A DNA stretch of 63,985 bases, counting the filler, from Collodictyon triciliatum (Eukaryota): NCBI GenBank assembly GCA_043381765.1. It is 6 parts of 6 records of this genome, joined end to end, with 100 filler letters (N's around TTAATTAATTAA, not from the genome) between each part and the next. Parts side by side here need not be neighbours in the genome. Positions count along the whole stretch, not along the records: positions 42,433 to 62,246 come from JBHJMP010000786.1; 5 more parts are not named here. One strand, written 5' to 3'. Of this stretch, positions 48,136-57,900 are shown in pieces (the first letter of the stretch is position 1; each line of letters starts with the position of its first letter). The notes under the pieces were generated by a model. That model searched no databases. It was given only the letters and a program-made list of their open reading frames with translations, and was not told the DNA's origin. Made by a program: the position numbers and the translations under genes.

Positions 48136-48324
48136 ATGGATCCTCAGTTCGAGCTCCGCTGTCTTCAAGAATTTGGATTTACATCCGACAAGGTCAAGCA
48201 CATCGTTCAGGTGTGGAAAAAAAAGAAGCAATATGCAGACAGATATAATCCTGTTTACGCAGTCAAAAGGAGAAAAATCAAAGATGCTGATAATCACAGT
48301 CCAACTCTAACATCAAGCGAATAA
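48136..48324 (+). CDS. Small viral hypothetical protein (62 aa)
   Basis: ATG-initiated, fills the gap between neighbours, and carries the same upstream motif as the polymerase-helicase gene. Confidence 0.6.
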   Translation: MDPQFELRCLQEFGFTSDKVKHIVQVWKKKKQYADRYNPVYAVKRRKIKDADNHSPTLTSSE

Positions 48325-48364
48325 AGAATTATAAATAAATTGTATTGATAGACTCAATTTATTT

Positions 48365-50836
48365 TTATTTTAAAAGAAAGGATGGTTTGTTTTCAGATTT
48401 AAGCGGCTCGGTTCCTATTTCAGTAATCATTTCAACTTCAGTATCTTCTTTTTCCTGTACACTCAATTTTTGGTGTCCAAGTATTGCAGGCTTTTTTAAT
48501 TTTATGTTTTTACACATCACATCCCGCTGTTTGACGTACTTGCTGAGCATAGGACACACTGTCATTTTTTCGTAAAATGTCCCAATTTTTATTTCAAACT
48601 TATGTTCAGATTGTTTTTTAAACTCAATGTAGTCTTTGCGCAGATCAGCTAAATAAACAATTTCATCTTCATCACGGCCAACTTTTTTATAGTTTGTGTA
48701 AAACCAACTTGTAAAATCATCTGATTCCTGAAAATAAGTTTCTGTAATTTGATGCGACCGACTGCCTTCTTGTAGAAGAAAAGATGGATTTTGTATATAT
48801 GATTGATACGCATCGGCCAAAATATGAAAATACGCAATTTTATTAGATTTCAAAAAATCAAAATCCTTGTATTTAATATTTACAATGCCATACCCCTTTT
48901 TATCATCCAGACCATCATACACTTCCTTTTCAATAAACTTGATAGGAAAATGTATTACAAATAGTCTCTGTGTAATTGCCTGTTCTACAACATCAAGTTT
49001 CGGTTTACTGTTGCACTCTAAAATAAAAGTCCCGCAATTTATGGTATCTGTCTTTTTTGAATAAAGACCTCGTGCGTTGATGACCGAGCAGCCTGTAAGT
49101 GATTTTAGTGTACTAGTATTAATTAATTCACCCTGGTCTGGTTCCGAGGTTGTAATGAGTCGCTTGCCCTCGATATTTGCCAAAGCTTGATTTGTTCCTT
49201 CTTTTAGTTTGGTTTGAATACTACTAGGTGCCAGCGCATAAAAATAGTTGCCCAGTGCGTATTTGTTGAATTCCTGAAATAAACCTTTGCCATTTCGTCC
49301 AGACCCGTGTGCCAAACAAATTTTTTCTATCAGTGTCCCGGTGAGACCCGTCGAGCAGTATTTCAAAAAAAGCTTCAAATCGTATTCCAGCGGTAGAATT
49401 GTTTTGAATATTTCCATTAAATTTATTTTTTTGGCATCTAATTCTGGGTCAGCTTCATAATTGTATCCACAGGTCTCTGATATATACTGTTCTGGTCTGG
49501 GTTCAATAAATTTGTTTAGCTGTAAATCAAATATTGCGTTATTGAAGGCAAATAAATGCGGTTTCTCGTTAAATTTCAGTGTCGAGTTTTCGAGTCTTTG
49601 CAAAACTAGTGTCACGAGCGCCCTGAAATTAAAAACACGGGATTTGATTAATTCTTTCTCCCACATTTTTTTATGTGCCTCAATAGCTTTTGTATTTGCT
49701 TCTTCAGCCATTTCAGATTCTTGTTTACCTCTTTTTCTTTTGTTTGATTTTTTTGTTGGTTGTTCATTTTGACCAAATGCTTGTTTCATCAAATCGTAAA
49801 TGACGTAATAATAATTATCGCTCCAATATTTTGCGAATTGGTAATAGTTTTTTTCCGGTGTGTCAGCCTCCCAATAAACGCCATTGTAAACATACAAGAC
49901 TCCGTTACAAGCCGTAAACTCTTTTTTTTTCGCAATCTCAGAGGCGATATTGTACAAATCAAACGGGTCCCAGAAATTAATATTTATTTTATTAGCTGTC
50001 TTGAGGTCAATTATCTCGGTCATTTCTTTATAAATAAAAGTTATGCCCGGTTCATCTACATATTCATTTATCATTTGTATGAATTTTTCCAGACCCATAG
50101 CCTTGTATCGGTCTTTATGTAAATAAAAACCATCGTGAGCTGGGATATACATATTTGTATTTTTTACAAAATCCAGCGCTTTGACGAGATAAACAGACTC
50201 GTAGTGTTGCATAATCAGGGACATTCCCGTATTAACTATTTCATACGGATTTTCTTTTTCTTGTTTGGCCATATCAAAAAACTTTTTGTAATCAGGGATA
50301 ATCACAAATTGTTCTTTGAGCCTCTTTGATTCTTCATAGTATGTTTTTATAAATTCAGATTCGATTGAATCTACAATTTTTTTGTCTTCAACCCAGGTAG
50401 TGAATCCTCCGCCAAAATTCATAATATTGAATAGGTCTTTGGCATCTTGTTTTGAGCATTTGTATCTATCCATAATCTCAGATAAACATAGGTCTCGATT
50501 ATTACAGTAACGCGTCAATGCTTCACATTTTATGTTATGTTTGTTACACAACTTTAAAAGAATGCTGGGATGGCAATTTGATATATCCACGTCTACATAC
50601 TTTTGATGTAATAGTGTCTGCTTTATCCATCTTGGTAGCGCATTGATATCTGGCTTACCCCAAAATCGCCCCTCGTTTTTTTGAGTGTACTCGACTTTTA
50701 CCACACCATCCACAACTGACTTTTTTAAAAAAATTAAAGCATTCTTTACACTTGTTTGCTGACTAATAAATCGCTCTGTTTTGCAGAGCTCAATTATATC
50801 GTCTTTGCAAATCTTAAATTCAACTTTTAATGACAT
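48365..50836 (-). CDS. TVpol (PolA-like primase-polymerase) fused to D5-like superfamily 3 helicase
   Basis: N-terminal GRF..LPRWIK, motif A YVDVDISNCHPSIL, motif B AKDLFNIMNFGG and motif C IPAHDGFYL. D5_N-like FAFNNAIFDL. SF3 Walker A GSGRNGKG, Walker B TSEPD, motif C LECNSKP, and AITQRLFVIHFP. Confidence 0.88.
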   Translation of the reverse strand: MSLKVEFKICKDDIIELCKTERFISQQTSVKNALIFLKKSVVDGVVKVEYTQKNEGRFWGKPDINALPRWIKQTLLHQKYVDVDISNCHPSILLKLCNKHNIKCEALTRYCNNRDLCLSEIMDRYKCSKQDAKDLFNIMNFGGGFTTWVEDKKIVDSIESEFIKTYYEESKRLKEQFVIIPDYKKFFDMAKQEKENPYEIVNTGMSLIMQHYESVYLVKALDFVKNTNMYIPAHDGFYLHKDRYKAMGLEKFIQMINEYVDEPGITFIYKEMTEIIDLKTANKININFWDPFDLYNIASEIAKKKEFTACNGVLYVYNGVYWEADTPEKNYYQFAKYWSDNYYYVIYDLMKQAFGQNEQPTKKSNKRKRGKQESEMAEEANTKAIEAHKKMWEKELIKSRVFNFRALVTLVLQRLENSTLKFNEKPHLFAFNNAIFDLQLNKFIEPRPEQYISETCGYNYEADPELDAKKINLMEIFKTILPLEYDLKLFLKYCSTGLTGTLIEKICLAHGSGRNGKGLFQEFNKYALGNYFYALAPSSIQTKLKEGTNQALANIEGKRLITTSEPDQGELINTSTLKSLTGCSVINARGLYSKKTDTINCGTFILECNSKPKLDVVEQAITQRLFVIHFPIKFIEKEVYDGLDDKKGYGIVNIKYKDFDFLKSNKIAYFHILADAYQSYIQNPSFLLQEGSRSHQITETYFQESDDFTSWFYTNYKKVGRDEDEIVYLADLRKDYIEFKKQSEHKFEIKIGTFYEKMTVCPMLSKYVKQRDVMCKNIKLKKPAILGHQKLSVQEKEDTEVEMITEIGTEPLKSENKPSFLLK

Positions 50837-50849
50837 CTTCTTACAATCC

Positions 50850-50871
50850 CTTACAAAAATCTTTTTAAGCC
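50850..50871 (-). promoter_or_regulatory. Putative promoter motif GGCTTAAAAAGATTTTTGTAAG upstream of TVpol-helicase
   Basis: 20/22 identical to GGCTTAAAAAGAAATTTGTAAG at 48104-48125. Confidence 0.6.
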
Positions 50872-50944
50872 TTTATTTTTTTGCGTTTTGTCAATTTTAA
50901 AAAAAACAATAGGGGAGGGGAGGGTTGGCCCATTTTTTTAATTT

Positions 50945-51072
50945 TTGGCCCATAAATCCCAAAAAAAATGGGTAAATCATAAACTCCGCGTAGGCGTTTT
51001 TTTTACATCGTGTTGAAATTAAACATAGGCAAGGAAATTTTTTAGGCATTTTTTTTGGGATTTTTGGGCCAA
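50945..51072. repeat. 26-bp inverted repeat (1 mismatch) with flanking GGCCCA motifs; candidate replication origin
   Basis: TTGGCCCATAAATCCCAAAAAAAATG (50945-50970) pairs with CATTTTTTTTGGGATTTTTGGGCCAA (51047-51072). Confidence 0.75.
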
Positions 51073-51091
51073 TGGGCCAAAAAATGGGGGG

Positions 51092-51274
51092 CTAATCAAA
51101 TGAAACTAAAATTTTTTCGTTCAACAATTTAGATTGAATTTTATAAATCCTATTATTTTTTTCTTTTCTATGAAACTTTTCAAGATAGTATATGTAGTTT
51201 TGTAAATCGTCCAAGTCGTCATATACGCCCTGATGGGTCAAAATGTCATTTATATAGATTAGAAGCTCGTACAT
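51092..51274 (-). CDS. Small viral hypothetical protein (60 aa)
   Basis: ATG-initiated and divergent from the ATPase gene across 21 nt. Confidence 0.5.
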   Translation of the reverse strand: MYELLIYINDILTHQGVYDDLDDLQNYIYYLEKFHRKEKNNRIYKIQSKLLNEKILVSFD

Positions 51275-51295
51275 ACTTTTTTATAGATAATAATA

Positions 51296-52018
51296 ATGAA
51301 TACGAAACGCGTTTCAAACATCAAAATAGCGCCACTGACAAAACCAACTAAAACCCGTGATTTTGGAATTCCGTTTCCGCTCCCGGATATTTCCGTCAGA
51401 AATTTTATAATGGGTGTCCTTGGACCGACTGGCTCGTCAAAAACAACGTTATACGCAAATTTAATTAGAAAGCACTATTTTGAGATTTTCAACAAAATTT
51501 ATTTCTGCTCACCGAATGTGACGGACGAAGGGAAGGTCTACGACAAATCCCTGGACTCGATCGAGTTTTCAGACGAGCGTGTTTTTCAGACAATAAATAA
51601 TGAAGTAGCAGATTACATAAAGGAGGATATAGAGGGTGACGAGGATTTCGAGAAGGAGGATTTCAGAGCGCTCTTGATAATCGATGACTTGGCCAATGAG
51701 CTGAAAAGCATTCGGCATACCCAGCTGACTAAATTAATTTTAAAGTCGCGGCACTTGCATCTCAGCATAATTATGATATCACATAAATTCACATACTTTC
51801 AGCGAATACATAGAACGAATTTCACGCATTTTATAATGTACAGAAGCAAATCAAAAAACGAGGTAAAATCCATTTATGAGGACATTATAGATTTGTCTGA
51901 AGAAAAATTCCAGCAGTTTTATGAGTATGCCACAGCAGAAAAATACAATTTTCTTTATGTTGTTTGTAATTCGAACCCGCAACTTTATTTTAAAAATTTT
52001 GAGGAGGAGTTAACCTAG
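51296..52018 (+). CDS. A32-like (FtsK-HerA) genome packaging ATPase
   Basis: Walker A variant GVLGPTGSSKT, Walker B LLIIDDL, Arg-finger region KSRHLHLSIIMISH, and RTNFTHFI. Confidence 0.9.
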   Translation: MNTKRVSNIKIAPLTKPTKTRDFGIPFPLPDISVRNFIMGVLGPTGSSKTTLYANLIRKHYFEIFNKIYFCSPNVTDEGKVYDKSLDSIEFSDERVFQTINNEVADYIKEDIEGDEDFEKEDFRALLIIDDLANELKSIRHTQLTKLILKSRHLHLSIIMISHKFTYFQRIHRTNFTHFIMYRSKSKNEVKSIYEDIIDLSEEKFQQFYEYATAEKYNFLYVVCNSNPQLYFKNFEEELT

Positions 52019-52038
52019 ATTTTTTTATAAGTAATGAT

Positions 52039-52449
52039 ATGGTATTCACACGGAGAAGCTTAAGGGGATTCACAAAAGGTCTAGTAAAAGTTGTTAGGAA
52101 GGGGATGAATGTCGGTGAAAAAGTAGTCAATGCCGTTGATAAAGCCACCGGTGGGGGACTGCGTGACTTGGCTCGCACGGCCACGGGTGGACTCAGTGAA
52201 CAGGCCCTGAAAGTTTACAATGCAAATAAAGGGTATGTGAAAAAAGGCTTGGATTTGGCAGAAGGGAAAAAAGGCGCAACAGTTGCGGGTCTTGTAGAAG
52301 GGACAAAATACGAGGGGCAATTTAAAAAAGGTGTTGACCAAGTAAATAAATACGCGCCTGTAATTCGCGGAGCTGCACAACGAAATGAATCCCTGGGAAA
52401 AGTCATAAAATCATACGAAGACAATATCCGAAATAAAATAGGTTATTAA
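52039..52449 (+). CDS. Basic amphipathic viral protein (136 aa), possibly a virion core or membrane-active protein
   Basis: Lies between the ATPase and capsid genes. N-terminus SLRGFTKGLVKVVRKG is amphipathic and the protein is Gly/Lys-rich. Confidence 0.7.
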   Translation: MVFTRRSLRGFTKGLVKVVRKGMNVGEKVVNAVDKATGGGLRDLARTATGGLSEQALKVYNANKGYVKKGLDLAEGKKGATVAGLVEGTKYEGQFKKGVDQVNKYAPVIRGAAQRNESLGKVIKSYEDNIRNKIGY

Positions 52450-52476
52450 TTAGAAAATTATTTTCTTTTTTAGAAT

Positions 52477-54099
52477 ATGGATTCACTACCCGGAGGAGCT
52501 ATAATTTAGAAATGTATCGTCAAAAAAGAAAACTATTTTGGAAAAACAAATGAGACAAGTACTTCCCTCAAATGGAACGGAGCAGACAGCAACTTATTCA
52601 TCTGGTCCTCAAATTGTTTTTAGGATCCAATTGATAACGAATGGCCGATTCAAATGGATAGCGCCCATATTATAGCTGATTTAACCGTAAAAGAACTAGA
52701 TACAGATGCAGTTGCTGCTCAGGATAGATTAAAAAGAAGTGTTATTAGCGGAGCTGCTGCTTTGCCAATTCTAGCTCCTTGTGAAAGTTACGAATCTTTT
52801 GTGAATCACATTGCTGTTTATCTCAATGGAAGTGAGCTCGAACGAATAGACAACTATTCATATCTTGGAAACTTTCAAACGTAACTGGTGCAGTAACCAA
52901 AATTGGGTAAATCTTATGAGTGGAGGAATGGGAATAGGTCAGTCTGTTCTTGATAGGTCCAGATTTTTTTTAGTTGGTGCAGCAGGCACAACAAGCAACA
53001 CAGTTCAAATTGGATTTCCACTTAGATATCTTGGATTGATGAATATAAAAACTTTATTGCCTGCTTATTTACTAGGTCCCAATTCGTTGGAAATCCGTAT
53101 TTGGATGGCGCCCGCATCAGAGTGTTTTAGTCATGGTATGATAACTTACGGTGCGCTAGGAGCCGGTAATGGAGCAATAGACTATAATGATATTGTTAGT
53201 GAAACTGATACAACTCTTAATTATACTTTAAGAAATATAAAAATGAATATAAACTACATTCAAACGGAGCCATCATATAACAATGCTCTTTCACAATATT
53301 TAATAAATAATAATTTACAGATTCCAATTGAAACATATTTTATGACTCAGTTTAATATTCCAAAAAAACTTCAGGATGGGTTACACAAAATATTTCAGTT
53401 CAATACTCAAATATAAATGCAATATATTGTATATTTACCCGAGCTTGTGAACAGGGTAATCTTGGATATCTAGGTACTGATAGAATGCATGCTATTGAAG
53501 GACTTTCTCAAGCAAGACTTACAGTCACTGGTAAAGTGCTACCATCAGTCCCTATTCAATTAGCTAATCCAGCTTATGCCAATGTACCGGCTGCTGGCCA
53601 AAATAATACTGGTACGGCAGCTGCGGCATCCGGATTTTTATCCAGCGCAACAATGGGTCAAGCTTTGTGTCAGCAACCAGAAGCCCTAAACTATTTAATG
53701 AAAGCATTGGGATATAACATAAGTGCTGAGATGCTGGGACAGGCCAACTTCGGTCAACAGGTTACTCAATCACTTCAATTGAATGTCGATGACGCACTGA
53801 ATACTGGAATAGCTAAACTGATGTTACCGAGGTCAAGCGCAAGTGTAAATTATGCCTACAACAAAGCCGTTCAAAATCGTATGATTGTAACGGCAAATAC
53901 AACAGCTGATAAAAATACCAATCCACTTGAATGTGAAGAAATATTCTGGAAAACTCCGACTCTGTTCGCGTTGGGGTGGTCTATGACCCGTTCAGATTAT
54001 ATTGACGAATTTGAGCTTTCGGGATACAATGCAAGCAGCAACTCAGTGGTATTATGCAGGTCGGTCTTCAAAAGTTGTTTAAACCGATCAAGTAGCTAA
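52477..54099 (+). pseudogene. PLV-type major capsid protein, disrupted by frameshifts and one stop codon
   Basis: Reconstruction: MDSLPEEL*FRNVSS..MRQVLPSNG..QIVFRIP..VYLNGSELERIDNY..FPLRYLGLMNIKTLLP..LEIRIW..YTLRNIKMNINYI..ISVQYSNINAIYCIF..LTVTGKVLPSVPI..FELSGYN, about 540 codons. Beta-strand-rich and downstream of the packaging ATPase. Confidence 0.75.
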
Positions 54100-54121
54100 C
54101 ACTACCTAATCAAAGAGAGAG

Positions 54122-54274
54122 CCCTTTGGTTTTGCACAAAAACCACGTTTCCCTTTGGTTTTGCACAAAAACCACGTTTCCCTTTGGTTTTGCACAAAAA
54201 CCACGTTTCCCTTTGGTTTTGCACAAAAACCACGTTTCCCTTTGGTTTTGCACAAAAACCACGTTTCCCTTTGG
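54122..54274. repeat. 29-bp tandem repeat (5 full copies plus a partial, running into a gap), each unit with a hairpin
   Basis: Unit CCCTTTGGTTTTGCACAAAAACCACGTTT, with internal stem TGGTTTT/AAAACCA. Confidence 0.95.
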
Positions 54275-54962
54275 NNNNNNNNNNNNNNNNNNNNNNNNNN
54301 NNNNNNNNNNNNNNNNNNNNNNNNNNNNNNNNNNNNNNNNNNNNNNNNNNNNNNNNNNNNNNNNNNNNNNNNNNTTTTTTATTGTTTTTTTATTGTTTTT
54401 TTATTGTTTTTTTATTGTTTTTTTATTGTTTTTTTATTGTTTTTTTATTGTTTTTTATTGTTTTTTGGTTTCTTAGGTGTCTTTGGTTTTTTTTGGTCTT
54501 TTTGTTGGATTTGTGCCAAAGAAAATTGTGGAGGCGTCAAAGTTTAAACTACATATATAAGATGTAATTATTTTAAAACAAATTTTATTATTTCATGATA
54601 GACCGGTAAATTTATCAGTTGTAAGTATATTTATTTTAAATTCCATAAATAGATGTGAGTATTGTTTGTCGCCGACACTGCAGGCTCTCTGCGATCGTCA
54701 CAAGCGCTCGCAAGCAACACAGGATGCTGCCTGACAACATGGTGCAGATCCTACCCGCCAGTCTACTGAACGCCACTCCCCTGATTATTTTTTCAGAAAG
54801 CGTTGTGAAAATAATGCGTTTTATACTGTTCTAAGTAGGCGAAAAAGGTTATGCAACCGCTGTTTTGATTCCTCTATTCTGCCTGTCACCTTTCTAAACT
54901 CTGACGATTAGCACAGTCCTTTGACAACTGCGTTGGTGTGTCCTGCGTCCAGCTGAGTTAGG

Positions 54963-57900
54963 ATGGGGAGTTTGGAGGAGTTGAAGGGCTTCTTCAAAAG
55001 TCTTTGGATGGGCTTTGTGTTGAACATCAAGGTCGTTTGGACTTTCTTTGCGAGTGGTCGGTGGAAAAGAGAGGTTTGTAGACACATCAATCAACCAAAC
55101 AGCACGCGTATGTGTGTCCTGCGAACGTAAAAGCATGAAGCTATGGATTACAATTGACAAAAAAATCGAAACACCACGCAATCAGGCGAAAGAAGCATGG
55201 TACCGATGGTATCATGGTATTGACGAGAACGACAAAATTAGCGATGCGTTGCTAATTCATTTCGGTGACTTGAAGCTTGATAAAAAGGTTTGTTTCTACC
55301 AACATGTTCTTCATTCGAGTACACAGAGAAGCATATTGACTAATACTCAAGCGTATAATGACCCCTCATATTATAAAATCAGTCAAAATAAAAATAATGC
55401 AAAAATAAGTAAAAACAATATCTTACATTTTATGATTGGACTCGCATAAGATCGGGGAAGGTGGTTTCGGCATTGTTTATCAAGGTACGTATCGAAGAGA
55501 AAAAGTGGCCGTCAAAAAAGTTCGAAACCAAGTTATCGGGGAAATGGCCATAAAAAATTTACTGAAGGAGGGAAAAGTAATACTTATTTGTATACCATAG
55601 AAATATCCCTTTCAATTTATTTTTCATTCTCGCATATGTGCCGTATGATAAATTTGTGCTATAAAATATATTAAACTGGCCTATCGAAACTGGTAACAAG
55701 TATGCATTTTTTGTTATCAAAATATTACGCAATGTGGATTATTTTTATGTAATATCAATTTTCTACAGATTCACTCAAGGTTAAGGAGTAAATATATAGC
55801 ACAATTGTTGGGTGTTTGCATCGAAAAAGATAATGTTTGCTTAGTAGTGGAATGGATGGACAAAGGGAATTTAAGGAGTATACTACACAGCCCCAAGGCA
55901 ATAACTCAATTATACGATATACTTACCGAATCTCAAGTCACTACCACTATTCTTTTTAGAAGTACAGCGTTGACACCTAAATCGTTATCTTTATTTTATC
56001 TTTATTTTTATCTTTATTTTTATCTTTATTTTATCTTTATTTTATCTTTATTTTATCTTTATTTTATCTTTATTTTATCTTTATTTTATCTTTATTTTAT
56101 CTTTATTTTATCTTTATTTTGTNNNNNNNNNNNNNNNNNNNNNNNNNNNNNNNNNNNNNNNNNNNNNNNNNNNNNNNNNNNNNNNNNNNNNNNNNNNNNN
56201 NNNNNNNNNNNNNNNNNNNNNNTTTTATCTTTATTTTTATCTTTATTTTTATCTTTATTTTTATCTTTATTTTTATCTTTATTTTTATCTTTATTTTTAT
56301 CTTTATTTTTATCTTTATTTTATCTTCATCTTTATCTTTATCTTTATGTTCATGTTCCTCCATTTTGTAGGAAATACTTCCTTGGAGCCTGAGGATTTCT
56401 ATTCTTCACCAAATTGCTCTGGGTATGAATGTCCTACATGGATGCCGGCCTCCAATATTGCACCAAGACTTGAAAAGTGCTAATGTACTTATCGACCGAC
56501 ATTGGCAGGCAATATTATATTCTACCATGCCCTATATATGTTTCACGTATAGATTTTCTATTTCCCAGTGCGAATCTTCTCTTTTTGATAGTATAGACTT
56601 TGGAGGGAAAGAGAGAAAGAAAGAAACATGAACCATAAGATACGTATATAATATAGGCTAAATTATGTGACTTTGGAATATCTTCGACTTTATTGGAAAG
56701 AAAACCACCAGAGTCAGCAAATTCTGACTATATTTACGGAACAGTCCAATGGACAGCACCTGAATTGTTTTTGAGGTTTGACTGCCATCAGACCAAAGAA
56801 ACAGATGTATACAGCTTTGGTATTCTGATGTGGGAAATAGCAAGTAGACAGGTAATTTTAAATATATTGTATGTTGTAAAGCTATGTGGAACAGGGTCAT
56901 GATTCATGACATGAACACCGCACACTAGGACCCGTTCTGGAATCAACCAACTTCGAGTATACCGAGCTTGGTTGTAAAAGGCAGTCGTCCAACAGGAGTG
57001 CTTCCGCCTGATGTACCACCCATATGGACCAAGCTAATGCAAGACTGTTGGAGCCAACTCCCTCTCAACAGACCGACGTTTGAGGTGATAGTGTCTGCTA
57101 TTGAGAGCATCACTGACTCTGATCAAGCCTCCAACCCGGCTTACGTTGACAATTTCGTTCACGGCCTGGAGAAACTATCGATTTATCAATATGAGGCAGC
57201 GAATCAGCTTTTCTTGGCTTCGCACGAACAAAACACTGCTTTTACGGGGGCATACTTGGGATTGTGTTTAAGCTACGAGCTCCATCCTTCCAGCATATAT
57301 TCCGGCAACAAAGGTGTAGTCATTTCGCATACTGCTCTCTCTTGTGACCGTTTTGTTCTGCACCATCTTTTACGACAGGCTCAATTTGCTGGGTCGAGTG
57401 CTTTTTCGGAAACCATTCGAATTCTCAGCCAACTGGCCAATGGTGAGTATGGGACTACCACAGAATCCCCAATTCTATTGAGGTGGATGCAAAGAACAGA
57501 AGCCAAGATAAGGCAAGACGTATTCGCGGCACACATGATGGGCATGCTTAAAGATCACATCCAACATGATAATGAAGGGGCTATCGAGTGGTATGAGAAA
57601 GCTGCTGCCGCAAATTTCCGCCCATCTCTATCTGCTCTATCAGTGATGTACCTGGAAGGAAAGGGTTGCCACAGAGACATCCAAAAGGCTTATGAATGGG
57701 CCCAGCGTTCAGTCTCCAATGAAGGCGCGTACATCCCAGAAACGCCACTTGGGTCAGGCTGGCTAGCCAAAGGCGCGGTTGTTGAAGCGACGGCTCCAAG
57801 TAATATCTTTCCTGAGCTTGGGACCAACGCAGAGACACTTATTGAAGAGGAGAACAAGAAAGGAGCTGTGCAATCCGCCACACCCATGAGGTCCCAGCCA

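Larger units (their letters stand above)
42433..54274. mobile_element. Polinton-like virus/virophage-like DNA virus, probably endogenous, left end missing
   Basis: Intronless, tightly packed AT-rich ORFs encode an rve integrase, a TVpol-D5/SF3 helicase, an A32-like ATPase and a PLV-type capsid protein. The block shares a scaffold with intron-containing host genes across a 100-N gap. Confidence 0.9.

Noticed and set aside
54122-54274. CRISPR-like array (29-bp palindromic repeats)
   Set aside because: The repeats are head-to-tail with no spacers, there are no cas genes, and the context is eukaryotic.
42433-54274. Canonical Maverick/Polinton or bacterial prophage
   Set aside because: No pPolB is visible and the replicase is TVpol-SF3H. 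There are no phage terminase, portal or tail genes, and no Shine-Dalgarno pattern.
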